IMG/VR virus record: IMGVR_UViG_3300031555_001696
From: a virus
Taxonomy: Duplodnaviria; Caudoviricetes
Direction: 5' to 3' (one strand)
Length of the DNA stretch: 64,000 bases
Every line of letters starts with the position of its first letter. Within the stretch, counting starts at the first letter, position 1. The notes under the pieces were generated by a model. That model had not been told where the DNA came from. It saw only the letters and a program-made list of their open reading frames with translations, and ran no database searches. Positions 1 to 10,280 of the stretch are shown here, in pieces. Both the position numbers and the translations under genes were made by a program.

Positions 1-1
1 T

Positions 2-154
2 ACAGTATATAGAGCCGTATTTATTGAAAAGAGCCGCTCGTCAGGTTCGGTCAGCTCAGATACTGGAATTGGTTATATTTTCTCATTCCAAGGACAGTGG
101 GGATTATGGTCTGATGCAGCGAAAGCGAAATTTGCACACGGATTTATTCAGTAA
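2..154 (+). CDS. C-terminal fragment of probable replicative DnaB-like helicase (gene starts before window)
   Basis: Open frame TVYRAVFIEKSRSSGSVSSDTGIGYIFSFQGQWGLW...FIQ* ending TAA 152-154; FIEKSR resembles the last helicase motif; lies before primase as in SPbeta-like replisomes. Confidence 0.55.
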   Translation, partial: TVYRAVFIEKSRSSGSVSSDTGIGYIFSFQGQWGLWSDAAKAKFAHGFIQ

Positions 155-160
155 TTACGC

Positions 161-207
161 TTGACAAATTAAAATGTTTATGATAATATTAACAACACGA
201 AATTAAT
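161..207 (+). promoter_or_regulatory. sigmaA-type promoter plus ACGAAATTAAT variant of the phage-wide motif
   Basis: TTGACA at 161, TGATAATAT -10-like, motif ending 207, GGAGG before GTG 215. Confidence 0.6.
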
Positions 208-214
208 GTAGGAG

Positions 215-1231
215 GTGAAAGATGTGCTCAATAAAATCAAAGAACAGCTTATAGAACAACCAGAGAAATTAGTTGACTTGTTGTCAAATTTTGGCTTTGA
301 GCACATTAATCACCGAGGAAGTGAGATCCGCTTTGCTAGAGATTGGCAAGGCGGCTCCAATATATCTATTAGATTAAAAAACAACCCATATTGCTGTGTT
401 TCTGACTGGTCAAGAGGTATAAGCACTGATATTATAAGCTACATAATACAGGAAAAAAGTGTTCATTTCCGTGAGGTTTTACAGGCTGCAAAGAAAATTT
501 TAAACCTTGCGGATGATTGGAGACCACAACAGAGACGTGAACTTTTTGGTGGCATTTATAGTGGATTGTTATGCCAGAATAGAGAGGTCAAACTAAAAAC
601 TTATGATGAATCAATACTAAACAAATATGAAAGATGTGGAAATTTAAGATTTTTGCGAGATGGAATTAGTTTAGATGCGCAAAAATTTTTTAATATAAGA
701 TTTTCTGTCGAAGACAATGCCATCATTTTGCCACTGCACAATGAATTTGGAGATTTAGTAGGCGTTAAGGCAAGAATCAATGGAGAACCTCAAGAAGGCG
801 AAAGCAAATATTATTATCCTGTGCCAACACAAGTAAGCCAAACATTATATGGATATGATGCAAATTATCAATATTTATATGGCAATGATATTATTGTGGC
901 AGAATCTGAAAAAGCAGTTGCTCAAGCGTATACTTTTGGCGTAAGGAATATCGTAGGAATTGGGTCAAGTGCTGTTAGTGAAAAACAGAGTAAGCTATTA
1001 TTGCAATTACAACCAAAGAGAATTATTTTGGCATTTGATGAAGGTCTGGCATTTGAGCAAATACAAAGGAATGCAGATATAATTAAAAGTCATTGCGGTA
1101 TATTCGAGGTTGAAATTTGGTACTGGGATGCTGATCAAGATTTAGATATCCCAAGTAAGTCAAGCATGACGGATTTAGGGCGAGAAAAGTTTGATGAAAT
1201 TATGGGCGAACAATTGGTAAGAATATATTAA
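215..1231 (+). CDS. DNA primase (TOPRIM)
   Basis: IIVAESEK and IILAFDEG TOPRIM motifs, LVGVKARIN, LYGYD; between helicase and RecJ. Confidence 0.8.
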   Translation: MKDVLNKIKEQLIEQPEKLVDLLSNFGFEHINHRGSEIRFARDWQGGSNISIRLKNNPYCCVSDWSRGISTDIISYIIQEKSVHFREVLQAAKKILNLADDWRPQQRRELFGGIYSGLLCQNREVKLKTYDESILNKYERCGNLRFLRDGISLDAQKFFNIRFSVEDNAIILPLHNEFGDLVGVKARINGEPQEGESKYYYPVPTQVSQTLYGYDANYQYLYGNDIIVAESEKAVAQAYTFGVRNIVGIGSSAVSEKQSKLLLQLQPKRIILAFDEGLAFEQIQRNADIIKSHCGIFEVEIWYWDADQDLDIPSKSSMTDLGREKFDEIMGEQLVRIY

Positions 1232-1243
1232 TGAGGTGATTTA

Positions 1244-2896
1244 GTGGAAAAGAAATGGAATATACGGCACGATTGTCGTGGAATGGAAACAAATGAAATT
1301 ATAGATGTTATTTTAGCAGACAGAGGTGTAGAAGATTCAATGGCGCTGCTGTATCCGAATGATGATTGTCTTGTGCCGTTTGAAAAAATGAAGAATATAG
1401 ATAGAGCGGCTAAAATTATTACTAAAAATATTGAAAATGATGGTAGTTTTTTTGTGCATTTTGACTGTGACGTTGACGGAATTTCTGCAGGATCTGTTGC
1501 AGTACGTTGGTTAAGAAACCATACAGATAGAGTGTTATATGGAATTAATCAAGGCAAAGAGCACGGAATTGCAAACCTAGATCTTGAGTTGTTAAAAGAT
1601 GTGGATGTTTTGTGGATTGTAGATTCTATTGAAACAAAAATGTTTCCTTATGAAAGAATTCTAAAGGATTGGAATGGTCAAATTATCATAACAGATCACC
1701 ACCTGTTATCTACTGGTATGCAAAAGCAAATGGAAAGAACAGGTCAAATTACTCTAGTAAGTTCCGCAGTAGATTATCCGAATCCTGCCCTTAGTGGAAG
1801 CGCAACAACATGGAAGTTATGTGCGTATATGGATTGGCTAGAATTAGATGATTATAGCGATGATCTTGTAGATTTAGCCTGCGCTGGTTTAGTTGCGGAT
1901 ATGTGCGATGTGGGTGTAGAATCTCCAGAAAACAGATATATTTGTTACAAAGGGTTTTCCAATCAAGTAAATCCTGCGCTTAAGAAAATTAATGGATCTT
2001 ATGAATTTAATTCTGGTGCGGTTAGCTTCGGTGTTGCACCTCTTATTAATGCAGCCAACAGACTCTCAGAAAATGAAAAGGCAATGAATCTTTTCTTGTC
2101 TGAAAATTCTAAAGAAATTACAAAGTTAGTTAATGACTTAAAGTATTGCAAGGAGTATCAAAACATAGAAATCGCAGATGTTATGCCAGATCTAGAATCG
2201 CAGGCGGAATCTCAAATGGATAAGAAGGTTATGTTTTTCTTTACTGAAACAAATGCTGAGGTAAAAGGTTTAATCGGAAACAAGTTGCTTGAGAAGTATC
2301 AGCGTCCAGTTATTGTTCTCAGCAGCAGAATTACGGTAAATGAAGAGACTGGCGAAATTGAAAAACATGAATATTTCGGATCGGCTCGTGCAGTTGGCGT
2401 AAAGAACTTCAAAGAATATATGGATAACACCGGGATGTGCGGAACTGGTGGGCACGAGAACGCGTGTGGCGTGTGGCTAGACGCAGAAGTTCTACAAGAT
2501 TTTCAAAATTCTCTTGAAGACGCTCTGAAAGATGTAGCGTTCGTACAAGAAACGACGGTAGACATCCAGATTGACCAAGAGCAAATTACTGACGATTTAA
2601 TTAGGCAATTAAAGATGCTAAATAGAATCTCTGGACAAGGCTGGCCGCAGATTTCTGTTATGGTAAGTGGAATTACGGACTATCAGGTTGGTGCAATGAG
2701 TAATATGAAACATTTGAAACTTATTGCCGACAAAGGCAAACTTTTGTACATAAAATGGAATTTTTCCGGGGATTGGGACCAGTTTGATGGACCAGTTAGT
2801 GCTATTGGAACGCTTGATAATGGTTTTTTTGGTCGGACTTACTATCGGCAGTTAATCATGTCAGATTTTAAGGTTGACAATTTGGAAGATTTATGA
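1244..2896 (+). CDS. recJ: RecJ-like ssDNA exonuclease (DHH/DHHA1)
   Basis: DCDVDG, ITDHH, GLVADM, APLINAANRL, GSAR, GGHENACG motifs. Confidence 0.9.
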   Translation: MEKKWNIRHDCRGMETNEIIDVILADRGVEDSMALLYPNDDCLVPFEKMKNIDRAAKIITKNIENDGSFFVHFDCDVDGISAGSVAVRWLRNHTDRVLYGINQGKEHGIANLDLELLKDVDVLWIVDSIETKMFPYERILKDWNGQIIITDHHLLSTGMQKQMERTGQITLVSSAVDYPNPALSGSATTWKLCAYMDWLELDDYSDDLVDLACAGLVADMCDVGVESPENRYICYKGFSNQVNPALKKINGSYEFNSGAVSFGVAPLINAANRLSENEKAMNLFLSENSKEITKLVNDLKYCKEYQNIEIADVMPDLESQAESQMDKKVMFFFTETNAEVKGLIGNKLLEKYQRPVIVLSSRITVNEETGEIEKHEYFGSARAVGVKNFKEYMDNTGMCGTGGHENACGVWLDAEVLQDFQNSLEDALKDVAFVQETTVDIQIDQEQITDDLIRQLKMLNRISGQGWPQISVMVSGITDYQVGAMSNMKHLKLIADKGKLLYIKWNFSGDWDQFDGPVSAIGTLDNGFFGRTYYRQLIMSDFKVDNLEDL

Positions 2897-2928
2897 TATA
2901 ACAATACAAAATTAATGGAGGTGAGCTG

Positions 2929-5900
2929 ATGCAAAATTATCATCGTCATACATCTTATAGCGAAGGTGATAGTGCAGCAATGCCAGAAGATTATGCAAAA
3001 AGAGCCGTAGAACTTGGGCATAAAGTTATCAGTAGTGTAGAACATGGATGGCAAGGCTATTATCATGCAGCCTTTGAACTTGCTAAAAAATACGATCTTA
3101 AATTTGTGTTCGGAACAGAGGCATACTGGGTGAAAGATCGTCAAAAAGAATATGAAGAACGAGACAAGATCACTGGAGAGATTAAACTAACAAAAGACGG
3201 CACTCCTAGAATGGCAAAGGATAGAAGCAATAACCACATAATTATTCTTGCTAAAAACGAAACGGGTAGAAGAGCCATCAATCGTATTCTGTCAGATGCC
3301 AATGAAACTGGATATTATTACAAACCTAGATTGGATCTAGATTTGATTTTTTCTTTACCTCCTAATGATGTGTTTATTACAACTGCCTGCGTTGGCTTTT
3401 GGTCATATGAGGATTCCGACGATATTGTGGTAAGATTACATAATCACTTCAAAAACAACTTCATGTTGGAAATTCAAAATCACAATACAGATAAACAAAA
3501 ACAGTTAAATCAACATATTAAAGAATTGGCGGAGAAGTATAATATTGAAATGATCGTTGGGCTTGATAGTCATTATATTTATCCTGAACAATCCGTAGAA
3601 AGAGACGACATTTTGGCAGGTAGAAATATTAAGTTTGATGATAACGAAATTGGATGGTATATGGACTATCCAGATGATGAAACTGTTCGTCATCGGTTTA
3701 GAGAACAAGGTGTTTTTGATGACGCTACCGTTCAAAAAGCAATGGACAATACGGACATTTTATTGACGTTTGATGATTATGATAATGTACCTGTTTTTAC
3801 TACAGATATCAAATTACCTACGCTTTATCCAGACAAAACTCAAGCAGAACGCAATAAAATCTATAGTACACTTATTAGTAAACTCTTTAAGGAATATATG
3901 AAAGATGTTCCAAAAGAACAGTATAAAGAGTATTTTGAGGGCGTTAAACAAGAAGTATCTGTTTACAAAGAAACAGGAATGGTTGACTATCCACTCATTG
4001 ACTATGCAATTATCAAAAGAGGCGTAGAAAAAGGCGGTCTGATTACCACAACAGGAAGAGGATCTGCGGTTGGTTATTTTACCAACACTCTATGTGGTTT
4101 TAGTAAGGTAGATAGATTTATTTCTCCAATTAAGCTATATCCAGAAAGATTTATTAGTAAAACTAGAATTCTTGAGACTAAATCGTTACCGGACTTGGAC
4201 ATGAACCTTGGCACGGTGGAGATTTTTGCAGAGGCACAGGAAGAAATTCTAGGCAAAGACCATGCTTATCCAATGATTGCTTTTGGTACTCTAAAAAAGA
4301 AATCTGCATTTAAGCTCTATGCTCGTGCCAACAATCTTGATTTTGAAATTGCCAATGCTATTTCTAGACAAATTGAAAAATACGATGAAGCGGTAAAATA
4401 TGCGGACGATGATGAAAAAGACGATATTGATATTTATGATTATGTAGATGAAGAATATCGTGAATACATAGAAAATAGTGAAAAATATTGGGGTGTTATT
4501 GATCATAAAAATAAAGCTCCATGCGCTTATCTTCTGTATCAAGGCAGCATTCGAGAAGAAATCGGTTTAATTAAATGTAAGAGTGAAAGTACGAAGAAAG
4601 AATATATTACGACTGTAATTGATGGTGCTATTGCTGAAAAGTATAAATTCCTCAAGAACGACCTATTAAAGGTAGATGTGGTAATGCTAATTGATATGAT
4701 CTATAAAAGAATTGGCATTCCAGTGCATTCAGCTACTGAAATCAGCAAACTCGTTGAAAACAATCAAAAAGTTTGGGATATTTATGCAAATGGTTATACA
4801 ATTGGTGTCAACCAATGCGAAAAAGAATCAGCAATGAAAAAACTTAGAAAATATCAACCTAAGAATATTTCTGAGCTATGTGCGTGGATTGCGGCAATTC
4901 GTCCAGCGTTTAAGTCTATGTATTCTAAGTTTGAATCTAGGGAATCATTTGAGTATGGAATTAATGCGTTTGATAAAATTCTGCAAACACCACAGTTCCC
5001 ATATTCGTACATTCTATATCAAGAGCAGACCATGAACACTTTGAACTATGCGGGATTTCCTCTGGACGAGTGTTATGGTATCATTAAAGCTATTGCGAAG
5101 AAACATCCAGAAAAAGTTAAGCCGTTAAAAGATCGCTTTATTGAAGGATTTAAGAACAGAATTATTCAAGACGATAATGTAGACCCAGATAAAGCACAGG
5201 AGATGAGTGAAAAAGTATGGCAAATCATTGATGATTCATGTGGATACGGATTTAATTCAGCACATGCTTATTGTATGGCTCTCGATAGCTTATATTGTGC
5301 ATGGCTAAAAGCAAATTATCCATACGAGTTTTATGAAGTATTGATGCAAGTTTATTCTGACAAGGGTAAAAAAGATAAAGTTCAGGCACTAAAACAAGAA
5401 ATGAGAGTAGCTTTTGGCATTGAAGAAGGCGAGTATAAATTTGGTGCAGATAATAGGCATTTTGTAGCAGATAAAGAAAAACATTGTATTTATCCATCTC
5501 TATTGTCAATTAAGGGGCTTAGTCAAGGATGTGCTAATGATCTTTATGAACTATCTCAGAATAATAAGTTTGATAACTTCTATGATTTATGGAAAGCCAT
5601 AAACTCAGTTAAAACTCTTAATTCTGCTAAAATTGCAACTCTGATTAAAATGGATTATTTTAAAGATTTTGGTGGTATTGAAAAAATAGAAGAATTTATG
5701 AAAGCAATTGAAAATCTGCATGGAAAGAGCCAGTTTAAAAAAGACAAACTTCCAGATCAGTATGCCGATATAATTAAAAAGTATACAGAAGAGACAGATA
5801 AGACATATCGTAAATTTGATTATGATGCTGCCTTGTATGAAATTTTAAATAACATTCCAGATAAAGAAACCAGTGTTAAGAAACTTATTCAATATCAAAA

Positions 5901-6201
5901 TGATTTGTTTGGATACGTAACATATAAAAACCCGAAATTAAAAAATATTGGTTTGGTAACTTCCATTGACGTAAGATATAGTCCAAGGGTTAATATTTAT
6001 ATGCTTGATACTGGAGAGGAAATCAGCGTTAAAGTTCCAAAACAATCCTATCAGAAGCAACCTTTCGATTCTGGCTCTATCTTAAAATTTTACACCGAAG
6101 ACCGGCCTCGTAATATCAAGGTTAACGGAGAATGGCAAAAGGATTATAGTACTATGGAGAAATGGATCACCTCATACATCATCAAACACGCAGATTTATA
6201 A
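2929..6201 (+). CDS. dnaE: DNA polymerase III alpha subunit (DnaE-type, PHP domain)
   Basis: HRHTSYS PHP start, GRGSAVG, PDLDMN, KNDLL, YGFNSAHAYCM; no obvious intein. Confidence 0.95.
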   Translation: MQNYHRHTSYSEGDSAAMPEDYAKRAVELGHKVISSVEHGWQGYYHAAFELAKKYDLKFVFGTEAYWVKDRQKEYEERDKITGEIKLTKDGTPRMAKDRSNNHIIILAKNETGRRAINRILSDANETGYYYKPRLDLDLIFSLPPNDVFITTACVGFWSYEDSDDIVVRLHNHFKNNFMLEIQNHNTDKQKQLNQHIKELAEKYNIEMIVGLDSHYIYPEQSVERDDILAGRNIKFDDNEIGWYMDYPDDETVRHRFREQGVFDDATVQKAMDNTDILLTFDDYDNVPVFTTDIKLPTLYPDKTQAERNKIYSTLISKLFKEYMKDVPKEQYKEYFEGVKQEVSVYKETGMVDYPLIDYAIIKRGVEKGGLITTTGRGSAVGYFTNTLCGFSKVDRFISPIKLYPERFISKTRILETKSLPDLDMNLGTVEIFAEAQEEILGKDHAYPMIAFGTLKKKSAFKLYARANNLDFEIANAISRQIEKYDEAVKYADDDEKDDIDIYDYVDEEYREYIENSEKYWGVIDHKNKAPCAYLLYQGSIREEIGLIKCKSESTKKEYITTVIDGAIAEKYKFLKNDLLKVDVVMLIDMIYKRIGIPVHSATEISKLVENNQKVWDIYANGYTIGVNQCEKESAMKKLRKYQPKNISELCAWIAAIRPAFKSMYSKFESRESFEYGINAFDKILQTPQFPYSYILYQEQTMNTLNYAGFPLDECYGIIKAIAKKHPEKVKPLKDRFIEGFKNRIIQDDNVDPDKAQEMSEKVWQIIDDSCGYGFNSAHAYCMALDSLYCAWLKANYPYEFYEVLMQVYSDKGKKDKVQALKQEMRVAFGIEEGEYKFGADNRHFVADKEKHCIYPSLLSIKGLSQGCANDLYELSQNNKFDNFYDLWKAINSVKTLNSAKIATLIKMDYFKDFGGIEKIEEFMKAIENLHGKSQFKKDKLPDQYADIIKKYTEETDKTYRKFDYDAALYEILNNIPDKETSVKKLIQYQNDLFGYVTYKNPKLKNIGLVTSIDVRYSPRVNIYMLDTGEEISVKVPKQSYQKQPFDSGSILKFYTEDRPRNIKVNGEWQKDYSTMEKWITSYIIKHADL

Positions 6202-6209
6202 AAAATAAC

Positions 6210-6254
6210 CAATTAGGCAGAGTGAAATTTAGTAACTTTGCCTAATTGACTTTT
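6210..6254 (+). terminator. Intrinsic terminator after dnaE, overlapping next promoter
   Basis: CAATTAGGCAGAGT / ACTTTGCCTAATTG stem followed by ACTTTT. Confidence 0.7.
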
Positions 6255-6314
6255 GGAAAATTTTTGTTATAATAACAGTACAAAATTAATAACCAAGATG
6301 TTGTGGAATAAGAG

Positions 6315-6764
6315 GTGATTATAATGATTATCGTTCCTTTTCGGTATCGCCCCAGGACTTATAGAAAACAAATTCATAAAACATCAGAAATAGTTGGAGT
6401 TACTTGCAAAGTTATAATAATTATATCTTTTTTGGAAAAATGGATTCCATGTGTAAAAGAATGCATGATAGACGGCGAACCCACTATTCGTTTTGATTCT
6501 CAATACAAAAAAGGAGAACAATATGGGTTTGAAGTAAAAGTTAGGTTAAGTAAAAAAGAATATGAAAATAATCAACTAAACCTAAAAGATTACGTTTGTG
6601 AAAAAGTGAAGGAACAGAGTGACTATCAAAATATTCTTAATGATTGCATAGAAAAATATGCAGATGGCAGAGAGTATACGGTGGAAACATTTATGCCTGA
6701 TGATCCAGACGCTATTGATATTAAATGGGTTCATCATGAATGCGAAGAATATGTTCCTATTTAA
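6315..6764 (+). CDS. Hypothetical protein
   Basis: ORF track; downstream of promoter 6246-6290; start uncertain. Confidence 0.55.
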   Translation: MIIMIIVPFRYRPRTYRKQIHKTSEIVGVTCKVIIIISFLEKWIPCVKECMIDGEPTIRFDSQYKKGEQYGFEVKVRLSKKEYENNQLNLKDYVCEKVKEQSDYQNILNDCIEKYADGREYTVETFMPDDPDAIDIKWVHHECEEYVPI

Positions 6765-6798
6765 GTCTTACAATACAAAATTTAAGAGGTGATAATTG

Positions 6799-6945
6799 AT
6801 GAGATGGATTATTGATTATATTCGTTCTTGTTTTTGCAAGCACGAAATGGAACTTCTATGGGAGTATAATAAGCCGAGCAGTTGCTATTATTGGGCTGTT
6901 TTTAGATGCAAAAAGTGTGGCTATATTCAAAAGATTAGCCATTAA
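6799..6945 (+). CDS. Small Cys/His zinc-finger-like protein (48 aa)
   Basis: GAGGT RBS; MRWIIDYIRSCFCKHEM...FRCKKCGYIQKISH*; not in ORF track. Confidence 0.7.
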   Translation: MRWIIDYIRSCFCKHEMELLWEYNKPSSCYYWAVFRCKKCGYIQKISH

Positions 6946-6970
6946 AAATAAAATTTTAAGAGGTAAAATT

Positions 6971-7336
6971 ATGGATAGATTTACATGGAAAGCACCTGAC
7001 GAAACATACCAAATTGATGATTACAAAGTAGTTCATACAGTAACTTGTTTTGACGAAGATTTTAAGAACGTATTTACCATTTATGAAGGAGTTGCAATTG
7101 ACAAGCTTGGCCAGTATGAAGATTTAGAAGAGCAAGATAGATTATTAGTTTTGCCGTGTAAAATTGGAACAAAGGTGTATAGAATTGTTCCAGACCGTTC
7201 AGTTGTTTGGCCTGACCAAACAGAATACAAAGTAATATGGGATAGTTTTAAATTAAATGATATTTATGAATTTGGCAAAACCGTATTTCTTGATGAAGAA
7301 GAAGCAAAAATTGCATCAAAGAACAAATCAAAATGA
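6971..7336 (+). CDS. Hypothetical phage protein
   Basis: GAGGT RBS before ATG 6971; LLVLPCKIG...FGKTVFLDEEEA motif common in clostridial phage proteins. Confidence 0.7.
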   Translation: MDRFTWKAPDETYQIDDYKVVHTVTCFDEDFKNVFTIYEGVAIDKLGQYEDLEEQDRLLVLPCKIGTKVYRIVPDRSVVWPDQTEYKVIWDSFKLNDIYEFGKTVFLDEEEAKIASKNKSK

Positions 7337-7357
7337 AGTTTTAAGTGGTGAGAATAT

Positions 7358-7594
7358 ATGTTATTTTTATATAGAATTTTTTGTGGTTTAATCTCTGGCG
7401 TTCTAGTAGATACATCATGGGAAAATGCTAGGGATAGAGTAAGAGAATATTATAAAGATGACAAACAGTATTTGGAATATTGGGAAAAAGAAAAGAGATT
7501 GTGTGGAGATGATAATGTCCCGCTGATTGAAATCTATGACCTGTCTGAACGATTTGAAGAGGACATTAATTATATCTTTCCACTTGTACTATAA
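7358..7594 (+). CDS. Hypothetical protein
   Basis: ORF with RBS, bounded by repeat sites. Confidence 0.65.
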   Translation: MLFLYRIFCGLISGVLVDTSWENARDRVREYYKDDKQYLEYWEKEKRLCGDDNVPLIEIYDLSERFEEDINYIFPLVL

Positions 7595-7620
7595 AAATAT
7601 ACTTTAAGGAGTGATTATAA

Positions 7621-7839
7621 ATGAGTATACAACTTAATCCCCTCGAACGCAACGAGTTAGAGAAAGCCATGCTTGGTCGAGGTGTAGACTACGAAACCGC
7701 ACAGCTGATTCTCAAAGACTTTGATGCGAGAGTAAAGAACTTAGATGCGGCGTATTCTGATCACGCACGAAGAGTGGCGCTCTTGGAGAGCATGAGACCG
7801 AAGGAGCCGATTCCTCTTAGGACAATTATTAGACCGTAA
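7621..7839 (+). CDS. Hypothetical protein
   Basis: AAGGAG RBS, 72 aa. Confidence 0.65.
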   Translation: MSIQLNPLERNELEKAMLGRGVDYETAQLILKDFDARVKNLDAAYSDHARRVALLESMRPKEPIPLRTIIRP

Positions 7840-7847
7840 GGGTAGAG

Positions 7848-8159
7848 GTGAGACTTATGTATTTTATCACAGTTTTTGAAAAAATTGAACCCAGTGAAAT
7901 GTATCTCGCAGAGTTTGGAGATCAAAGAACCTGGGGCTATTATCCAGAGTATGAATATGCGGCAGAAGTTTTGCATGAAAACGTAACCGATATGCACGAA
8001 GGTTGTTATGAATACGCTCTTATTGAAAATATTGACTATGGTATCTGCGCTATTGCGGATGAACGCCAGTGGTTTAAGTGGGATGCAGAAAAGCGTGGAT
8101 ATTTTGAGATTGAAGAGCCTGAATGCGTAAAGCAGATTTGCAATTTTGCAATTGGGTAA
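7848..8159 (+). CDS. Hypothetical protein
   Basis: ORF track, acidic 103 aa. Confidence 0.7.
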   Translation: MRLMYFITVFEKIEPSEMYLAEFGDQRTWGYYPEYEYAAEVLHENVTDMHEGCYEYALIENIDYGICAIADERQWFKWDAEKRGYFEIEEPECVKQICNFAIG

Positions 8160-8186
8160 TAAAAGTAAAGTTTAAGAGGTGTGTTT

Positions 8187-8399
8187 ATGAAAGAGATGAG
8201 ATGTAAGGTTTGCAATCATAAGTTTGAAAGATTTACATACTTCGTTGTTGGACATGAAGATGATGGTGAAGAAATTTATATGTGCGAAAACTGTTTCTTT
8301 GAACTGGCATTAAATAAGTTGAATTGCAAATCGGTTAAAATGGATTATAATTGTGAAAATTATTATGACCCAGTTCTTGATTTTGAAGATGATTTTTAA
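8187..8399 (+). CDS. Small CxxC zinc-ribbon protein
   Basis: CKVC...CENC; GAGGT RBS. Confidence 0.65.
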   Translation: MKEMRCKVCNHKFERFTYFVVGHEDDGEEIYMCENCFFELALNKLNCKSVKMDYNCENYYDPVLDFEDDF

Positions 8400-8434
8400 C
8401 ACATAAAAGAAGATTTTTAAGTGGAGGATTATAA

Positions 8435-8947
8435 ATGATTTGGATTATTATTGGTGGCATTGTATGTATAGCGGTAATTATCAATATCTGTTGCGACACA
8501 TGGAATGATTTGTGCTATAAGTTTTTCTATTCACTTATTACGATTATGCTTTCTTTCTGCATTACTGGATTTGTTCTGTTTGGTGCTAGTGGTATAACGA
8601 GTTGTATCGCAGAGATTGAATATGATGCTGTTTCGGATACAAAGATTATTGCATTAAAGGACAATCAAAATGTGAACGGAAGTTTCTATATTTTGGGTGG
8701 TTATGTAGACGAAGACCTATATTACTACTACGCTACTGAAACAGAGTTTGGTTACAAGACGGAAAAAATGAAAGCTGACAACGCATATATTAAGTATACC
8801 GATAATGAACCGCATATTGAAAGATATGTCGGAGATTTTGCAAATGAAGGTGCTTACTTCTGGGGTTTCCCGATGTGCGATGACAGATACATTATCTATG
8901 TACCCGAAGGTACTGTAACGAATGAGTTCAATGTTGACTTGGAATAA
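8435..8947 (+). CDS. Membrane protein (two N-terminal TM helices)
   Basis: Hydrophobic N-terminus, GGAGG RBS. Confidence 0.75.
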   Translation: MIWIIIGGIVCIAVIINICCDTWNDLCYKFFYSLITIMLSFCITGFVLFGASGITSCIAEIEYDAVSDTKIIALKDNQNVNGSFYILGGYVDEDLYYYYATETEFGYKTEKMKADNAYIKYTDNEPHIERYVGDFANEGAYFWGFPMCDDRYIIYVPEGTVTNEFNVDLE

Positions 8948-8972
8948 AATTCTTGTTTTAAGAGGTAAGGTT

Positions 8973-9170
8973 ATGGGAACTGAAATATTTACATGGGCAT
9001 TTGATGAATTCAAGGAACGAGAAGTGCGTGTTATTGAATCACCAGAACTTCCCATGTTAGTAGCTGAAAGCGACAATGCGTACAAGCGTGGAAATCGTAG
9101 CAAGATTACTGTTGTAAAACGCTTTCCAATTTTGTATCGGTTTGTCGAATATGAGCAGGAGAACAAATAA
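8973..9170 (+). CDS. Hypothetical protein
   Basis: GAGGTAAGGTT-ATG start; bounded by repeat sites. Confidence 0.6.
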   Translation: MGTEIFTWAFDEFKEREVRVIESPELPMLVAESDNAYKRGNRSKITVVKRFPILYRFVEYEQENK

Positions 9171-9202
9171 TAAAATTCTCATTTTAAAATAGGTGTAAGA
9201 TT

Positions 9203-9355
9203 ATGGACAAAAATTGTGTGGAAGATATTTGCAGAGTATTAAATGATATTGTTTTTGCGTTTGAAATTCTAAACTATAAAAACAACTCTTATATTAATAG
9301 CATTGTAAAAGAATTAAAATCAGATATTGAAGAGATAGAAAATAAATATACATAA
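9203..9355 (+). CDS. Hypothetical protein (50 aa)
   Basis: AGGTG RBS; MDKNCVEDIC...ENKYT*; bounded by repeat sites. Confidence 0.55.
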   Translation: MDKNCVEDICRVLNDIVFAFEILNYKNNSYINSIVKELKSDIEEIENKYT

Positions 9356-9381
9356 AATAGGATTTTTATGAGGTAATACAT

Positions 9382-9627
9382 ATGATTGATTATAAAAATA
9401 CAATTAAGCAATTGGAATCTTGCGTTTTTACTTGCATTAATCCAAAGCTTGCAAAGGAAGCGGCAACAACTATTCGGTTTTTGGCAGAACAATTAGATAA
9501 GGCAGAACAATGTATTTACGCCATCGAAGACGCACTTGACAGAGGAAACGATAACGATTGGGCAAGAGAAGCAATTGCAGAATATGAAAACGGACAATTA
9601 AAACAATATAATGGGTGGAAAATATGA
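9382..9627 (+). CDS. Hypothetical protein
   Basis: GAGGT RBS. Confidence 0.65.
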   Translation: MIDYKNTIKQLESCVFTCINPKLAKEAATTIRFLAEQLDKAEQCIYAIEDALDRGNDNDWAREAIAEYENGQLKQYNGWKI

Positions 9628-9803
9628 CTAACGAAGAACGGGTGAGAAAAGAAATTCTTACAACAAAAGCTCTTGCAAGATACTTGGTCGTCTACAATGA
9701 TGATTGGGGAATGTATTATACAAGTGATGGCAACGGATTCTATTGGAAAGAAGATGCGATTAACTATGAAATAAAGTGGTTGAAAAGTGAAATTGACACA
9801 TAA
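9624..9803 (+). CDS. Hypothetical protein
   Basis: ATGA overlap with upstream stop; MTNEERVR...WLKSE. Confidence 0.6.
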   Translation: MTNEERVRKEILTTKALARYLVVYNDDWGMYYTSDGNGFYWKEDAINYEIKWLKSEIDT

Positions 9804-9834
9804 AAGAAGACTGTTAAGAGAGGCGGAATAACTT

Positions 9835-10062
9835 ATGCTAGACAGTTATAACAGTATCTTTGGATATAATATTATCGGAGTACCATATATGGCAGATCTC
9901 GTACGAGCCCGTACACATAAGAAAAAGCGTATTAATAAAAAGTGGCGCAAGCGTTATGGCGTTAGGGAAGTGCCGTGGAATAAATTTTATATCGAGGGGA
10001 GCAGGATTTATTGCCATCCGAAGATGATTGAAACAATTAAAGCTGAAATTTATATGAGGTAG
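9835..10062 (+). CDS. Basic hypothetical protein
   Basis: RTHKKKRINKKWRKRYG motif typical of small phage proteins. Confidence 0.7.
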   Translation: MLDSYNSIFGYNIIGVPYMADLVRARTHKKKRINKKWRKRYGVREVPWNKFYIEGSRIYCHPKMIETIKAEIYMR

Positions 10063-10068
10063 TTTTAT

Positions 10069-10269
10069 ATGATTAAAAGGAATTGGACCCAAAAGCTATT
10101 TGGTTATTGTCCTTGCTGTGGCAAATGGTTTCGCAGAGTAAGAACAGAAAGAAGATTAACTAGATATATAGACGATGCAGCTAATTGGTTGATTGCATGT
10201 AAAACATGCCAAGATCATGATGATGAATATTGGTCCGCTATGTGGGAAGATTATTATGGGAGTATTTAG
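10069..10269 (+). CDS. Small Cys-rich protein
   Basis: CPCC...CKTC; GAGGT RBS. Confidence 0.65.
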   Translation: MIKRNWTQKLFGYCPCCGKWFRRVRTERRLTRYIDDAANWLIACKTCQDHDDEYWSAMWEDYYGSI

Positions 10270-10280
10270 AGGAGGAATGA

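Noticed and set aside
6812-6970. ORF-track N-terminal extension of the 6812-7336 ORF
   Set aside because: Overlaps a better 48-aa Cys/His ORF (6799-6945); RBS supports ATG 6971
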